This document shows, piece after piece, positions 9,911-19,486 of a DNA stretch of 64,000 nucleotides. Every line of letters begins with the position of its first letter. Within the stretch, counting starts at the first letter, position 1. The stretch covers positions 1 through 64,000 of the IMG/VR virus record IMGVR_UViG_3300042455_001086; one strand, given 5' to 3'. A program made the translations under genes and the position numbers. Under the pieces are notes generated by a model. It ran no database searches, was not told the origin of the DNA, and saw only the letters and a list, made by a program, of their open reading frames with translations.

Positions 9911-11410
9911 TTATTTTATTTTTGTCATCAAATCTTTCATTCTCAAGAACTGAGGATTTTCATATGTTTTTGATTCAATCAAATTAACAGCAGATCCAGA
10001 AGCAGGTGCTTTAGATACTTTTCTTTCAATTGACTCATTTAATGAAACACCTTCAGTTAATGAAGTGTTAGAAATTTCATTTTTGATGATTCTATAAAGA
10101 TTTTTAGATTCTTTTAAACTTTCAACATCATCAAATCTTCTTAAAATATTGATTTTTTCTTGTTTAGTTGTTGAATGTTCTGTGAATAATCTTGTAGCGT
10201 AAGCCAAGTTAGAGTTAAATACTGCAACCTCATTTAATTTAGTTCTGAACAAATCAAGAGCTTTTTTGTATTCATCATTTTTACTTCTTAATTCTTCAAC
10301 TTCTTCTTTTAAATGTTTTGGAGCAGCCATTAAACCTCTTTTAACTTTTCTGTCAATTGATTTAACGAATCTTGAAGCTTCTTTAGCTTCAACCTTTTTT
10401 GGTTTTACTTTAAAATCACCATCAAGATTTTCACCATCTTTGTACTCAAACTTTGCTTTACCGGTGCCAACAGCTTTAGTACCTTTACCGAATGCCTCTT
10501 TTTTCTTTTCGTCAAATCCACCTTTAGTGTTTGAAGTGTAATCTACTTTTTTAACTTTACCAATTCTACCTTTTGGTTTGAAAGATTTAGATTCGTACAT
10601 TACTTCTTCTTCCATTTCTTCCTCTTCCAATTCGTCCATTTCAATTTCGTAAATTGTTTCTTCTTCAGCTTCAAAGTCGAAATCGTCCATATCATCTTCT
10701 TCTGAGTCAAGGTCGTCCATATCATCTTCTTCTGAGTCAAGGTCGTCCATATCATCTTCTTCTGAGTCAAAATCGAAATCATCCATTTCAAAAAGTTCTT
10801 CATCTTCGTCTTCTTCCGAATCAAAAATATCAGACATATCTTCTTCTTCTTCTTCTTCTTCAGCTTCAAAGTCGAAATCATCCATATCTTCCCACTCTTC
10901 ACTAAACATTTCTTCTAATTCTTTTTCCATGTTCTCTTTTTCTAATTGTTCATTTATTTTAATTATGTATTCTTCATCACCATCGTTAAGTGTTATAATG
11001 TTGTCATCTTTTGTAACAACAATACCATCACTATCTCCCATAGCTTTGAATACTTTTAATACCTCAGCATCAGATGCTCCGGTTAAATCCACTGTCTCAT
11101 CATCATCAGCAGGTATTTCTTCAACATCGTCCATACCTAATTCATCACCTTCAATGTCAGCCGAATCACCATCAATCATTTCCGGTTCTTCACCTTCCAT
11201 ATCTGGCTCTGCTACCATTTCTGGTTCCGTAGGTTCAACTACTGTTTCAGGGTTTTCAATCTCCTCTTGTTCCATAAGAGATTCTTTTACTAGAGAACTG
11301 ATTTCTTTCTTCATTGTAGATGAAAGTATTCCTTCTGCATTTTTGTTAATAGCTTGTTCAACATTTTTAATCTGTAACAAAGCTTCTTCAACCATTGATT
11401 TTTTACTCAT
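9911..11410 (-). CDS. Prohead core/scaffold protein (gp22-like)
   Basis: Lies between protease and capsid genes; extremely acidic; coiled-coil C-terminus; many L/I-x-E sites. Confidence 0.8.
   Translation of the reverse strand: MSKKSMVEEALLQIKNVEQAINKNAEGILSSTMKKEISSLVKESLMEQEEIENPETVVEPTEPEMVAEPDMEGEEPEMIDGDSADIEGDELGMDDVEEIPADDDETVDLTGASDAEVLKVFKAMGDSDGIVVTKDDNIITLNDGDEEYIIKINEQLEKENMEKELEEMFSEEWEDMDDFDFEAEEEEEEEDMSDIFDSEEDEDEELFEMDDFDFDSEEDDMDDLDSEEDDMDDLDSEEDDMDDFDFEAEEETIYEIEMDELEEEEMEEEVMYESKSFKPKGRIGKVKKVDYTSNTKGGFDEKKKEAFGKGTKAVGTGKAKFEYKDGENLDGDFKVKPKKVEAKEASRFVKSIDRKVKRGLMAAPKHLKEEVEELRSKNDEYKKALDLFRTKLNEVAVFNSNLAYATRLFTEHSTTKQEKINILRRFDDVESLKESKNLYRIIKNEISNTSLTEGVSLNESIERKVSKAPASGSAVNLIESKTYENPQFLRMKDLMTKIK
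10683..10770 (-). repeat. 3 x 30-bp coding repeat (DSEEDDMDDL) in the scaffold gene
   Basis: tcgtccatatcatcttcttctgagtcaa repeated with a 30-nt period. Confidence 0.9.
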
Positions 11411-11526
11411 TTGTTAAGTTGTTTTCATAATAAATATATTGACTTTGTAAAAAATCATTTTTTTGACAATAAAAAAAGGGAATAATGTAAATTATCCCCT
11501 TTTCTAAAAAATTATAAAAGATTATT

Positions 11527-11742
11527 TTAATCTATAACTTCATCAATTTTACTTTCAGTTATTGATGTTATTCTCCAATCCATTGTGTAGTTTTCATACA
11601 CTTTTGTTACTTTGGCCTCAACATCTGTTGGTGTATAACCCAATACCAATTTTTCTTCTTTTACTTTTTTTACACGACCAGATTCACTATCCAAAAGATC
11701 TGATGCGATTTTTGCTACAAAATACTTTTCTCCTTGCTCCAT
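11527..11742 (-). CDS. Small conserved protein (DUF4494-like)
   Basis: KKVKEEKLV..YTPTDVEAKV...ITSITESKIDEV resembles the Bacteroidota DUF4494 family (from memory). Confidence 0.5.
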   Translation of the reverse strand: MEQGEKYFVAKIASDLLDSESGRVKKVKEEKLVLGYTPTDVEAKVTKVYENYTMDWRITSITESKIDEVID

Positions 11743-11777
11743 AATTATTTTTTTTTCAAATGATAGGAACACTTATT

Positions 11778-12563
11778 TTATTTATCAAGAAAAGATGAAA
11801 GTTTATCCATTAATTTTTTTGTCTTATCAAGACTTTCTTCTTCCATTCCGGAAATTCTCTGATTTCTAATTTTATTTTCTTCATCCAGATTCTCTTCAAA
11901 TTTGTGTCGATCACCCTTATCCAAAAATAAATAAGCACCAGGTGTTGATGGTGATGATACAAGGTCAAAACATATTAATTCAAAATCGTCTTGGACTTCA
12001 TTTTGTTCTCCAACTTTTTTTAAAGATCCCACACCACGAGAAGAAATACCCAAAGTAACCCCTTGTCTTAAATAATTGGCGGCCATATCCCCCTTTGTTG
12101 ATACAATTCCTCTTTCGTGAAAACCAGGTGAGGTAAGTAATTTTAATTTACCCAACAATACTGGTCCATCCCACCAAATATCAGTAATTATATGCGATAC
12201 TCTATCAAGGTCAATTAAAGAAGATTCTGGGTGATTAAGTTCGGAAAGTGATGTTCCCTTCTCAATCATTTTTTTATAATTGTCGGCTTCCCTTTTTAAT
12301 ATTTTTTCCGGATATACCCTTCCATTTCTATTTGGTGTGTTATATTTTTGTAAAACAGCGTAGAATTCAAATGGTTTTGAGTGGTCCAAAAATGATTTTG
12401 ACTCCATTATGAAATGGTTATTTTCACTCTTTGGGTTAATATAACCGGCGTCGTATTCGATAAGAATTAATTTTTTATTTAATTCGTTCTTTGTGTTTAT
12501 ATACATTTTTTTATTTAAATTTCCATTTATATCCACCAGCACTCTTTCGTTGATTATTTGCAC
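11778..12563 (-). CDS. Prohead protease (T4 gp21-like)
   Basis: NRNGRVYP, ELNHP, RVSH, LGISSRGVGS, FDLVSSPSTPGA. True start uncertain (possibly MYINTK). Confidence 0.93.
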   Translation of the reverse strand: MQIINERVLVDINGNLNKKMYINTKNELNKKLILIEYDAGYINPKSENNHFIMESKSFLDHSKPFEFYAVLQKYNTPNRNGRVYPEKILKREADNYKKMIEKGTSLSELNHPESSLIDLDRVSHIITDIWWDGPVLLGKLKLLTSPGFHERGIVSTKGDMAANYLRQGVTLGISSRGVGSLKKVGEQNEVQDDFELICFDLVSSPSTPGAYLFLDKGDRHKFEENLDEENKIRNQRISGMEEESLDKTKKLMDKLSSFLDK

Positions 12564-12927
12564 ACATCCTAATTGAGTTTCGGTTTATAGATAAATATTC
12601 TGATACTTCTTTTAGTGATTTCCAACTTTTTATAAAATCAACATTTAAATCATATTGATTTACTTGTTTATATTTACCTTCAATACAATTTTTTGATTGT
12701 TTTTTACCAAACATAGGGTTTTTTACACCTTTTCTTTTTTCAGATAATGATTTTCTACCTTCTTTAATTAGTTTTTGAATCCAAATATTTTTATATGTTT
12801 TTTTATACTTACTTTTTCTTATGTGTTCAATAATCCTTTCTTTTGGTTTATCAGATTTACCAACATATCTAACATCATTATTAACCGGATCTTTCAATAC
12901 ATAAATATATGTTACGGATTCTGACAT
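12511..12927 (-). CDS. GIY-YIG/NUMOD homing endonuclease, probably internally deleted
   Basis: YIYVLKDP..VRYVGKS..R..EH; NUMOD3-like KNPMFGKKQS; NUMOD1-like QYDL..SAGGYKWK. The catalytic Glu/Asn region appears to be missing. Confidence 0.7.
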   Translation of the reverse strand: MSESVTYIYVLKDPVNNDVRYVGKSDKPKERIIEHIRKSKYKKTYKNIWIQKLIKEGRKSLSEKRKGVKNPMFGKKQSKNCIEGKYKQVNQYDLNVDFIKSWKSLKEVSEYLSINRNSIRMCANNQRKSAGGYKWKFK

Positions 12928-12953
12928 TACTTAATATTACTTTCATATAAATA

Positions 12954-13421
12954 TCAAGTTTTTTCAGTTTTTAATACAGCAACCTTTGAATTTCCGTTTT
13001 TTGTTAAATAAAATTTAAAATATTCGTTATTTGAAAAGACATCAGAATATATATCTTTTGTTAATTTTTTTAGAGTTCGTTTTAATTTTAAAGATTTAAA
13101 ATCAATTTCTTGTGTTAAAAACAAATTTATCTCCAAGTTCATAAATGATTTCTTTTTTAATTGTAATCCAGATGTTCTTAAATCCAAATCAACAATAAAT
13201 TTGTCGTCAAACATTTTTTTATCAATGTGCTCATACACGGAATGTTTAACTGCTCGTGTTAAATTTAAAACAACACGAGTCCAATTTTCGGGGTCTTGTT
13301 TTGGTTCAACCCAAGTTTGAATGTTTAAATAGAGGGATTTAAATTCTTTCGAATCTACAGTTCCATAATGAACCTTGGATGTTCTAAAACCAGTTAGTTT
13401 TAATGTTTTTCCTTTTTTCAT
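12954..13421 (-). CDS. Conserved hypothetical protein of the head module
   Basis: ORF track. Confidence 0.7.
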   Translation of the reverse strand: MKKGKTLKLTGFRTSKVHYGTVDSKEFKSLYLNIQTWVEPKQDPENWTRVVLNLTRAVKHSVYEHIDKKMFDDKFIVDLDLRTSGLQLKKKSFMNLEINLFLTQEIDFKSLKLKRTLKKLTKDIYSDVFSNNEYFKFYLTKNGNSKVAVLKTEKT

Positions 13422-13487
13422 AAAAATTTTTCATAATTTTCGGTTTATTTTATTAAAATATATGTAATTTTGTGATATATATCAAAT

Positions 13488-13670
13488 ATGTTAATAGTAA
13501 ATGTTAAAAAGGGTGGGATTGAAAGGGCTCTAAAGGAATTAAAAGGTAAGGTAATTAAAACCAGACAAAGCTCACATCTAAACGAAAGAAAAGAATACAA
13601 AAAAAAATCTGTCATAAAAAGACAGATTTTAAATAAAGCAAAATTTAAACAAAAGTTTTTAAATTTATAA
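13488..13670 (+). CDS. rpsU: Ribosomal protein bS21
   Basis: MLIVNVKKGGIERALKELKGKVIKT...ERKEYKKKSVIKR matches bS21. Placement among head genes is as described for bS21 phages. Confidence 0.9.
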   Translation: MLIVNVKKGGIERALKELKGKVIKTRQSSHLNERKEYKKKSVIKRQILNKAKFKQKFLNL

Positions 13671-14378
13671 TTCTTTTTCCAGTTCTTTTAATTTTAAATA
13701 ATTTAACTTATCAAAATTTTCAGTTTGAACTTTATTGATTGTTTGATCTATTTTACTCAACACCTCATTATCATTTTCCTTTTCTTTGAGTTCTGTTAAT
13801 TTCTCAACAATCGTTTCTTTTAATAAATCAAATTTTACTTGTAGTTTGTCGTCAGATTCTTTTAAAACATTTTTTACTTTTAGTTTTTCAGATTCACTTA
13901 ATGTTGATAAATAATCATTTATTGTTTTATTCCCAACCTCAACTAATTCTGATAATGATGTATTAATTTCCACCTCATCCTCTGATTTTTTTTGTAAATT
14001 TTCCAAAATTAAATTTTTACTTTTTAATTTGTTTTCTAACAGAGAAACATTAGATGAGAATAAATTATCTATATCTTCATAATTATTTTTACCTTTTATT
14101 TCATTAGTCCAAAGTTCAAGTTCTTTAATTTCGTTTATTGTAATTTTATTTACAGTATTTTCAAATACAATAATACATTCGTTAATAAAACTTTCTGCCA
14201 AATTTTTGTCTAGACCTTTATTTGATGAAAGTTCATCATAAAGAAAATATAATTTTTTGATGTTTTTATTTTTCAAAACAAGTTCTTCAAAAACAAACAT
14301 TTGGTCTTTAAATGTGTTATTTGTGAAACCTTCTGTTAGTATATTTTCTATTCTACTTTTTATTAAACCAAATTTCAT
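13665..14378 (-). CDS. Hypothetical coiled-coil protein
   Basis: ORF track; ATATTTAT upstream. Confidence 0.7.
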   Translation of the reverse strand: MKFGLIKSRIENILTEGFTNNTFKDQMFVFEELVLKNKNIKKLYFLYDELSSNKGLDKNLAESFINECIIVFENTVNKITINEIKELELWTNEIKGKNNYEDIDNLFSSNVSLLENKLKSKNLILENLQKKSEDEVEINTSLSELVEVGNKTINDYLSTLSESEKLKVKNVLKESDDKLQVKFDLLKETIVEKLTELKEKENDNEVLSKIDQTINKVQTENFDKLNYLKLKELEKEL

Positions 14379-14399
14379 AACAATTTTTTTTTATAAATA

Positions 14400-17300
14400 T
14401 TACCCATTTAGTAATTTGTCCAATTCTTTTTCAATATCACCCAATGAATTACGACCTTTTGATAGATCAATATATTCATCTTCGACCAAATCATTACTCT
14501 CAAGTAAGATGTTAAAGTTTCTTTTTTCTACACTATCCATCATTGGTTCTCCTCCTCCTGGTGGTGGGGGTGGTGCTCCTTCTCCTCCTGGTGGTGGGGG
14601 TGGTGCTCCTCCTGCTGTTACAGTTTCACCCGATACTGTTTTATATAATTTATCAATATTATCAAACATACCAGTTTTAGTAATTACGGTTGCGGTATTT
14701 GCTAGCTCAGCGGCAACAGCTCTTTCTAATCTTATTTGTTGTATTTCAAGTTTAATTTCTTCGTCGGAGAACCCAAATATGTGTTTTTTAGCCCAAGTTG
14801 CAGAAGTTGGTTGTAATGTGTTTGCAATTTCTGTAACCATATCTTTATACAATAAAACTTTTTCTTTCCAAACTGAAACCATAAGTAAATCAGCTTGTTT
14901 TGAGGGATTAGTAAGTCCTAGAGTAAAGTTGTGTAGTTCGTCTTCAAAACCTAATAAAAATAAATGAATGATTGCAATTTTATTCAGTTCGGCAATCATA
15001 CTTTTTTGTATTTTATTTATGGTTCTAGCAAAACGAATATCAAGTAATGATAGATTATCACCATTTCCAACCGGTTCTTCAAAACCTAAAAATGCTTTTG
15101 GTATTCTTAACGCTGTTACAAGTTTCTTTTGGATATATTCAATATCGGCAATCTCCGATAAGTTTTGAGCACCAGGTAATGTTTCAATTGGCATAGTTGC
15201 CGCTGGATCTCTAACAGGAATAAAATAATCTTGATCTACGGCCATTTGATTAAATCTTAAATCAACATTACCAGTTTTAGAATCAACAACCTGATCCCTT
15301 TTAAATTTGTTTGCAACTCTTTGTACATAAGCCTCAACATCCTTATCATCCATATTTCCAACAAACACTTTAAACACCCTTCTTTCTGGTGCTCTTGATG
15401 TTCTATATATTAACATCGCATCTTCAGCCAAAACAAGTTGTTTCCAAATTCTACGAGCTTTTTCAAGCATTGATGTTCCGTATGGAAGTTTTCTATCATC
15501 ACCTAATAATCTGAAATGAGCCATTTCCCAAGTGTTAAACTCCATGTCTTTGTTTTTCCAAACAAACTTTAAATTTTTATTTTTGAATTGAACTTCAGGA
15601 CCCAAAACCGAATTCATAGTTCTGGCTTCCATTCCTCTTTCTAGTCTTTCAATTTCTATGTTTGGTAGTTGAAGACAGCCGACAACACCTTTTTCTGGGT
15701 CTAATTTTAAATAAACGAAATTATCGCCATATTTACAGTTGGACAAAAACACACCGGTTTCTCTTGAATGATTACCATTTACATCAAAACCACAGACTGG
15801 GAAATTATGTCTATCATGTTCTCCGTTCGGACCAACAGCTTCTAAACAATAAACATCAGATGTTTCATCTAACTTAATTACTGAAACAACTTTATGGTTA
15901 ATAACTTTTACTTTAGTTTTTCCTTCAAAAATTGACTTAGCTTTAATATATTTTTCATCTAAAATAATTTCTGGTTTAATATCAGATATAAAATCAAAAT
16001 AATTTTTATTTGTTTTTCTTAAAATAACTTTTTTTAATGTTGTTGGATTAATTGATTTTGTGATATTTTTATTTAATTTATAATTTTCTTTGAATAGTTT
16101 GATAAACTCATTATCTGATTTGAGAATTTTTGACAACTCATTTACTCCCACATATGTCTCACAATTTTTAATTAAATTAGAAATATACGATAAACAAGTA
16201 TCATTAATTTCAATTGTCATCCCCTTTTTTGTTTTTTCTATAAAATTATTATCTCTCCAATGATTTAACATTTTATTTGAACGAATTATATTGTGTTTGA
16301 CATGTAATTCACTATTATTATAATTTTCAAAATATCTATTATAGACACCAGTCATTTCTTTGGATAGTCTTTGTCTTCGTTTTTCTGAACGCAAATACCT
16401 ATCAATTCCATCCATTCTTTTTTTAACAACTTCTGGCGAACCTAATATTTTATTAAAATGTTCCACATGTAATTTAAAATGATCCGAATGTCTCATTCTA
16501 CTCAAATTTTTTGGGTGATTATTTAGTTTGTTAAAATCAATGTGATGTGTGTCAAATTGCTCACCAATTATTTTTTCATTTTCCAAATCTCTAACACATT
16601 CATGTGAAACCATTGTGTGGGTAAATTTATATTTTCCTGTACTTGGGTTAAATACCTTTTCATAACCGACAATTCGGTCTTTTTTCTTTTCACTTTTTTT
16701 AGTGTAAAACGGCATTAATGATTCACCTTTAGTTAATTTATCAGCTCGTTTAAATGACCCATCCCTAAGCATATATTCGTGATCTGGTGTCGTGTCAATA
16801 TATGTACCATCATCTAGTGTGACCCTATACAACTCACTATTTTTTCTAGTTAGGTCACACCATATAATTTTACTAGGAACAATTGCTTTAGTTCCATCTT
16901 GTATTGAGTAAGACCAAATCTCCTCACCATTCTTAATCCTATCACTCAATTCTTTTATTGATACTTCTGTACCATCTAATAATGGTATCATAGTATTCTC
17001 TCTAATTGGAGTGTTTCTTACCCACATTGGTAAATTGATTGATATGTCCAAAACATTATTAAACAAATCAGTTAAAATTGATTTGATTCTCTTTGATTCT
17101 GAATATATCTGTAGAACATAACCATCTTGATTTGGTGTTGTAGATTCCTCAGAATAAATGTCTAAAGCCGTTGATATTTCAGGAGTATTATGTGAAAATA
17201 TAGTATCAGTTGCAAAGTTTTTATATCCTGGAACTGTTAAATCATAAACAGGTATGACACCATTTTCTTCTATTGATACTATTTTATGATTAAATACTAA

Positions 17301-18422
17301 TGTGTTTCCCTTACTTTTTACTGTTGCGTATATTGATTTTTTAATCCCGTATGCTTCTAAAAATGTGGACCAATCTTTATACCCACTATTTACGATTTCT
17401 CTTTGTATTTTTCTATATGATACATTTAATTTTTTTGCAGTACCCTTTAATGTTTTTATTTCTCTGGCGGTTTCTATGATACTATCAAAAGGTATTTTAA
17501 AGTAAGCTGGGTTATTAATACCACTTCTCTTACCATCCCAACTATGTTCACCTGTTCTTTTTGCAACTTCAGACATTTTTTGTCTATACTCTGGGTTTGT
17601 CCACAATTTTTCGTTGTTTAATCTTGCGTGATAAGCTCTATGTTCGGAAATATTCATTATTTGTAAATTTTCCGGTTTGTTATTTTTACCGTTAAAATCT
17701 ATATGATGAACTTCTTCATCTTTGTTAATTTTTTTACCATAAAACCATTCTGCAATTAAATTATGTTCCGAAACCCATCCATTATGACCTTCTTCTGAAT
17801 TACAAGTATATACCCAATTATATTTTTCATTATTGTAAAATGATTTTCTATAAAAAGGCATCATTGAGTCCCCTTCTTTTAAGTTCATTACACGTTCAAA
17901 TGAACCATCTCTTTTCATTAGTTGATGTTCCCATGTTGTTACAATATATGAACCGTCGTCAAATGTAATTTTATATGTCATTTCATCTCTCGTATAATGA
18001 GCATTTCTAGCTAAAGCCGGAACAACTTTTTTTAAATTGTGGTCATATGCGTACGTAATAAATTCATAATCTCTACCTTTTTCGGCTAATTCTTTAATTG
18101 TTATAAAACCATCTGTGGTTGCGATTTTAGTATCTCCCGCAATACAATATTCCATTGATTCATAATCATAAAAAGCCGCAATTCTATTAGGTTCATAATA
18201 CACCGCTTGAGCATATAAATTATTCTCAATTTTTTGCCATTGATTACTTAAAAATAAACTTTGTTGGTATTCTAATTTTTCTTTTTCGTATTCTTGTTTA
18301 TCTGTTGTTTTTAATAAAACCGTTTTATCCAATTTAACTGTTGGTTGGTCTAGATTCAAAAGTGAGTTGGGGCCAAATGTTTTGGATAATTTCTGCCATA
18401 TTGTCAAGTTATTTTTTTCCAT
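14400..18422 (-). CDS. Portal protein (T4 gp20-like) with two inteins
   Basis: LAEDAMLIYRTSRAPERRVF, DYFIPVR, IETLPG, DIEYIQKKL, DIRFAR. Confidence 0.95.
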   Translation of the reverse strand: MEKNNLTIWQKLSKTFGPNSLLNLDQPTVKLDKTVLLKTTDKQEYEKEKLEYQQSLFLSNQWQKIENNLYAQAVYYEPNRIAAFYDYESMEYCIAGDTKIATTDGFITIKELAEKGRDYEFITYAYDHNLKKVVPALARNAHYTRDEMTYKITFDDGSYIVTTWEHQLMKRDGSFERVMNLKEGDSMMPFYRKSFYNNEKYNWVYTCNSEEGHNGWVSEHNLIAEWFYGKKINKDEEVHHIDFNGKNNKPENLQIMNISEHRAYHARLNNEKLWTNPEYRQKMSEVAKRTGEHSWDGKRSGINNPAYFKIPFDSIIETAREIKTLKGTAKKLNVSYRKIQREIVNSGYKDWSTFLEAYGIKKSIYATVKSKGNTLVFNHKIVSIEENGVIPVYDLTVPGYKNFATDTIFSHNTPEISTALDIYSEESTTPNQDGYVLQIYSESKRIKSILTDLFNNVLDISINLPMWVRNTPIRENTMIPLLDGTEVSIKELSDRIKNGEEIWSYSIQDGTKAIVPSKIIWCDLTRKNSELYRVTLDDGTYIDTTPDHEYMLRDGSFKRADKLTKGESLMPFYTKKSEKKKDRIVGYEKVFNPSTGKYKFTHTMVSHECVRDLENEKIIGEQFDTHHIDFNKLNNHPKNLSRMRHSDHFKLHVEHFNKILGSPEVVKKRMDGIDRYLRSEKRRQRLSKEMTGVYNRYFENYNNSELHVKHNIIRSNKMLNHWRDNNFIEKTKKGMTIEINDTCLSYISNLIKNCETYVGVNELSKILKSDNEFIKLFKENYKLNKNITKSINPTTLKKVILRKTNKNYFDFISDIKPEIILDEKYIKAKSIFEGKTKVKVINHKVVSVIKLDETSDVYCLEAVGPNGEHDRHNFPVCGFDVNGNHSRETGVFLSNCKYGDNFVYLKLDPEKGVVGCLQLPNIEIERLERGMEARTMNSVLGPEVQFKNKNLKFVWKNKDMEFNTWEMAHFRLLGDDRKLPYGTSMLEKARRIWKQLVLAEDAMLIYRTSRAPERRVFKVFVGNMDDKDVEAYVQRVANKFKRDQVVDSKTGNVDLRFNQMAVDQDYFIPVRDPAATMPIETLPGAQNLSEIADIEYIQKKLVTALRIPKAFLGFEEPVGNGDNLSLLDIRFARTINKIQKSMIAELNKIAIIHLFLLGFEDELHNFTLGLTNPSKQADLLMVSVWKEKVLLYKDMVTEIANTLQPTSATWAKKHIFGFSDEEIKLEIQQIRLERAVAAELANTATVITKTGMFDNIDKLYKTVSGETVTAGGAPPPPPGGEGAPPPPPGGGEPMMDSVEKRNFNILLESNDLVEDEYIDLSKGRNSLGDIEKELDKLLNG
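15738..17009 (-). mobile_element. Intein 2 in portal (424 aa, Pro1, class-3-like, HNH endonuclease)
   Basis: WVRNT|PIRENTMIP ... TTPDH ... DVYCLE ... FLSN|CKYGD; THHIDFNKLNN. Confidence 0.85.
17187..18146 (-). mobile_element. Intein 1 in portal (320 aa, HNH endonuclease)
   Basis: Y|CIAGDTKI ... VYDLTV..NF...SHN|T; EVHHIDFNGKNN. Confidence 0.92.
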
Positions 18423-18524
18423 AATTAAAATTTATTTATATTTTTTCAATTCTAAATGTTTAACACCAAATTAATTTATTATATAAATAGTTTAAAATTA
18501 TTTATGTGATATTATTGATTAAGC

Positions 18525-19475
18525 TTAAATTGTTGGGTAACATAAAGTTGTTACAAGGTTTTCTACTTCATAACCACCATCAAAAACCCAATTATCAAAC
18601 GTAGGACATAAAACATCAGCACTATTTGTATAAACAATATTATCTAAAGCTACTCCTTGTATTATTATTAGCCAATAAGTTTCATTCCAAAATATTTCAA
18701 TAAATACTGGAGCATCTGGATCGAAAGCATATTTATTTCTTCCATTAACTATTTCATCTGATTTTGGTACATCATATTCATAATCAACACCATTATAAGT
18801 AAAAGATACACGAATACATTCATCACAACTTATAGGTATTGGTGTTGGTGTAGGAGTAGGTGTTAGACCACATTCAGAAACTACAAATGATTCAAAAATA
18901 CTACCTTCTTGTATTGTGTATATCCCAAAAGGACAAAATGTATCGGATTCTAAATTTGCTTGGTAGAAGGGTCCTTCCCCATCTACATTTTCAACAACCC
19001 AATTTATATCGCCTTCAAAATCATTTCTCCAATATATTATATTGGTTTCTTCATTTACCTCGAATGAATAAACATTTTTACCATTATATGATTCAGGTTC
19101 TTTTATTACATTAACCGTAACAGGTTCTTCACCTATTAATTGATATGTAACTTGTATGCAGTCACAACTTATAGGTATTGGTGTCGGTGTAGGGGTAGGT
19201 GTTGGCGTTATATTACAAATATCCCAAACTAGTTTGAAGTTATCTTGTGTTATAATATCTTCATAAAATTGTGTTTCAATTCTACAAGTTTCTAAAGTTG
19301 GTATTGGTGTTGGTGTTGGGGTTGGAATTTCTTCACCATCAATAAATTCATCTAATTTTCTTTCTTTTTTAATATCTGGGATAAATTTTAATACGGAATA
19401 AATTGGTTCTCCATCAACAACCAATCTTGATCCACCAATCAATCTGCCAGATTTTTTTCGTCTTTCTAACCCCAT
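18525..19475 (-). CDS. Protein with Pro-Thr linker repeats, probably a virion surface protein
   Basis: Three TPTPTP linkers; two similar ISCD.CI.V...NG.N.Y modules. Confidence 0.6.
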   Translation of the reverse strand: MGLERRKKSGRLIGGSRLVVDGEPIYSVLKFIPDIKKERKLDEFIDGEEIPTPTPTPIPTLETCRIETQFYEDIITQDNFKLVWDICNITPTPTPTPTPIPISCDCIQVTYQLIGEEPVTVNVIKEPESYNGKNVYSFEVNEETNIIYWRNDFEGDINWVVENVDGEGPFYQANLESDTFCPFGIYTIQEGSIFESFVVSECGLTPTPTPTPIPISCDECIRVSFTYNGVDYEYDVPKSDEIVNGRNKYAFDPDAPVFIEIFWNETYWLIIIQGVALDNIVYTNSADVLCPTFDNWVFDGGYEVENLVTTLCYPTI

Positions 19476-19486
19476 ATAGATAAATA

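Noticed and set aside
10683-10770. CRISPR-like 30-bp repeats
   Set aside because: Tandem, spacer-less and in-frame coding repeats in the scaffold gene; no cas genes.
10266-15168. Plus-strand ORFs antisense to the scaffold and portal genes
   Set aside because: Antisense shadows of well-supported genes; only bS21 is retained.
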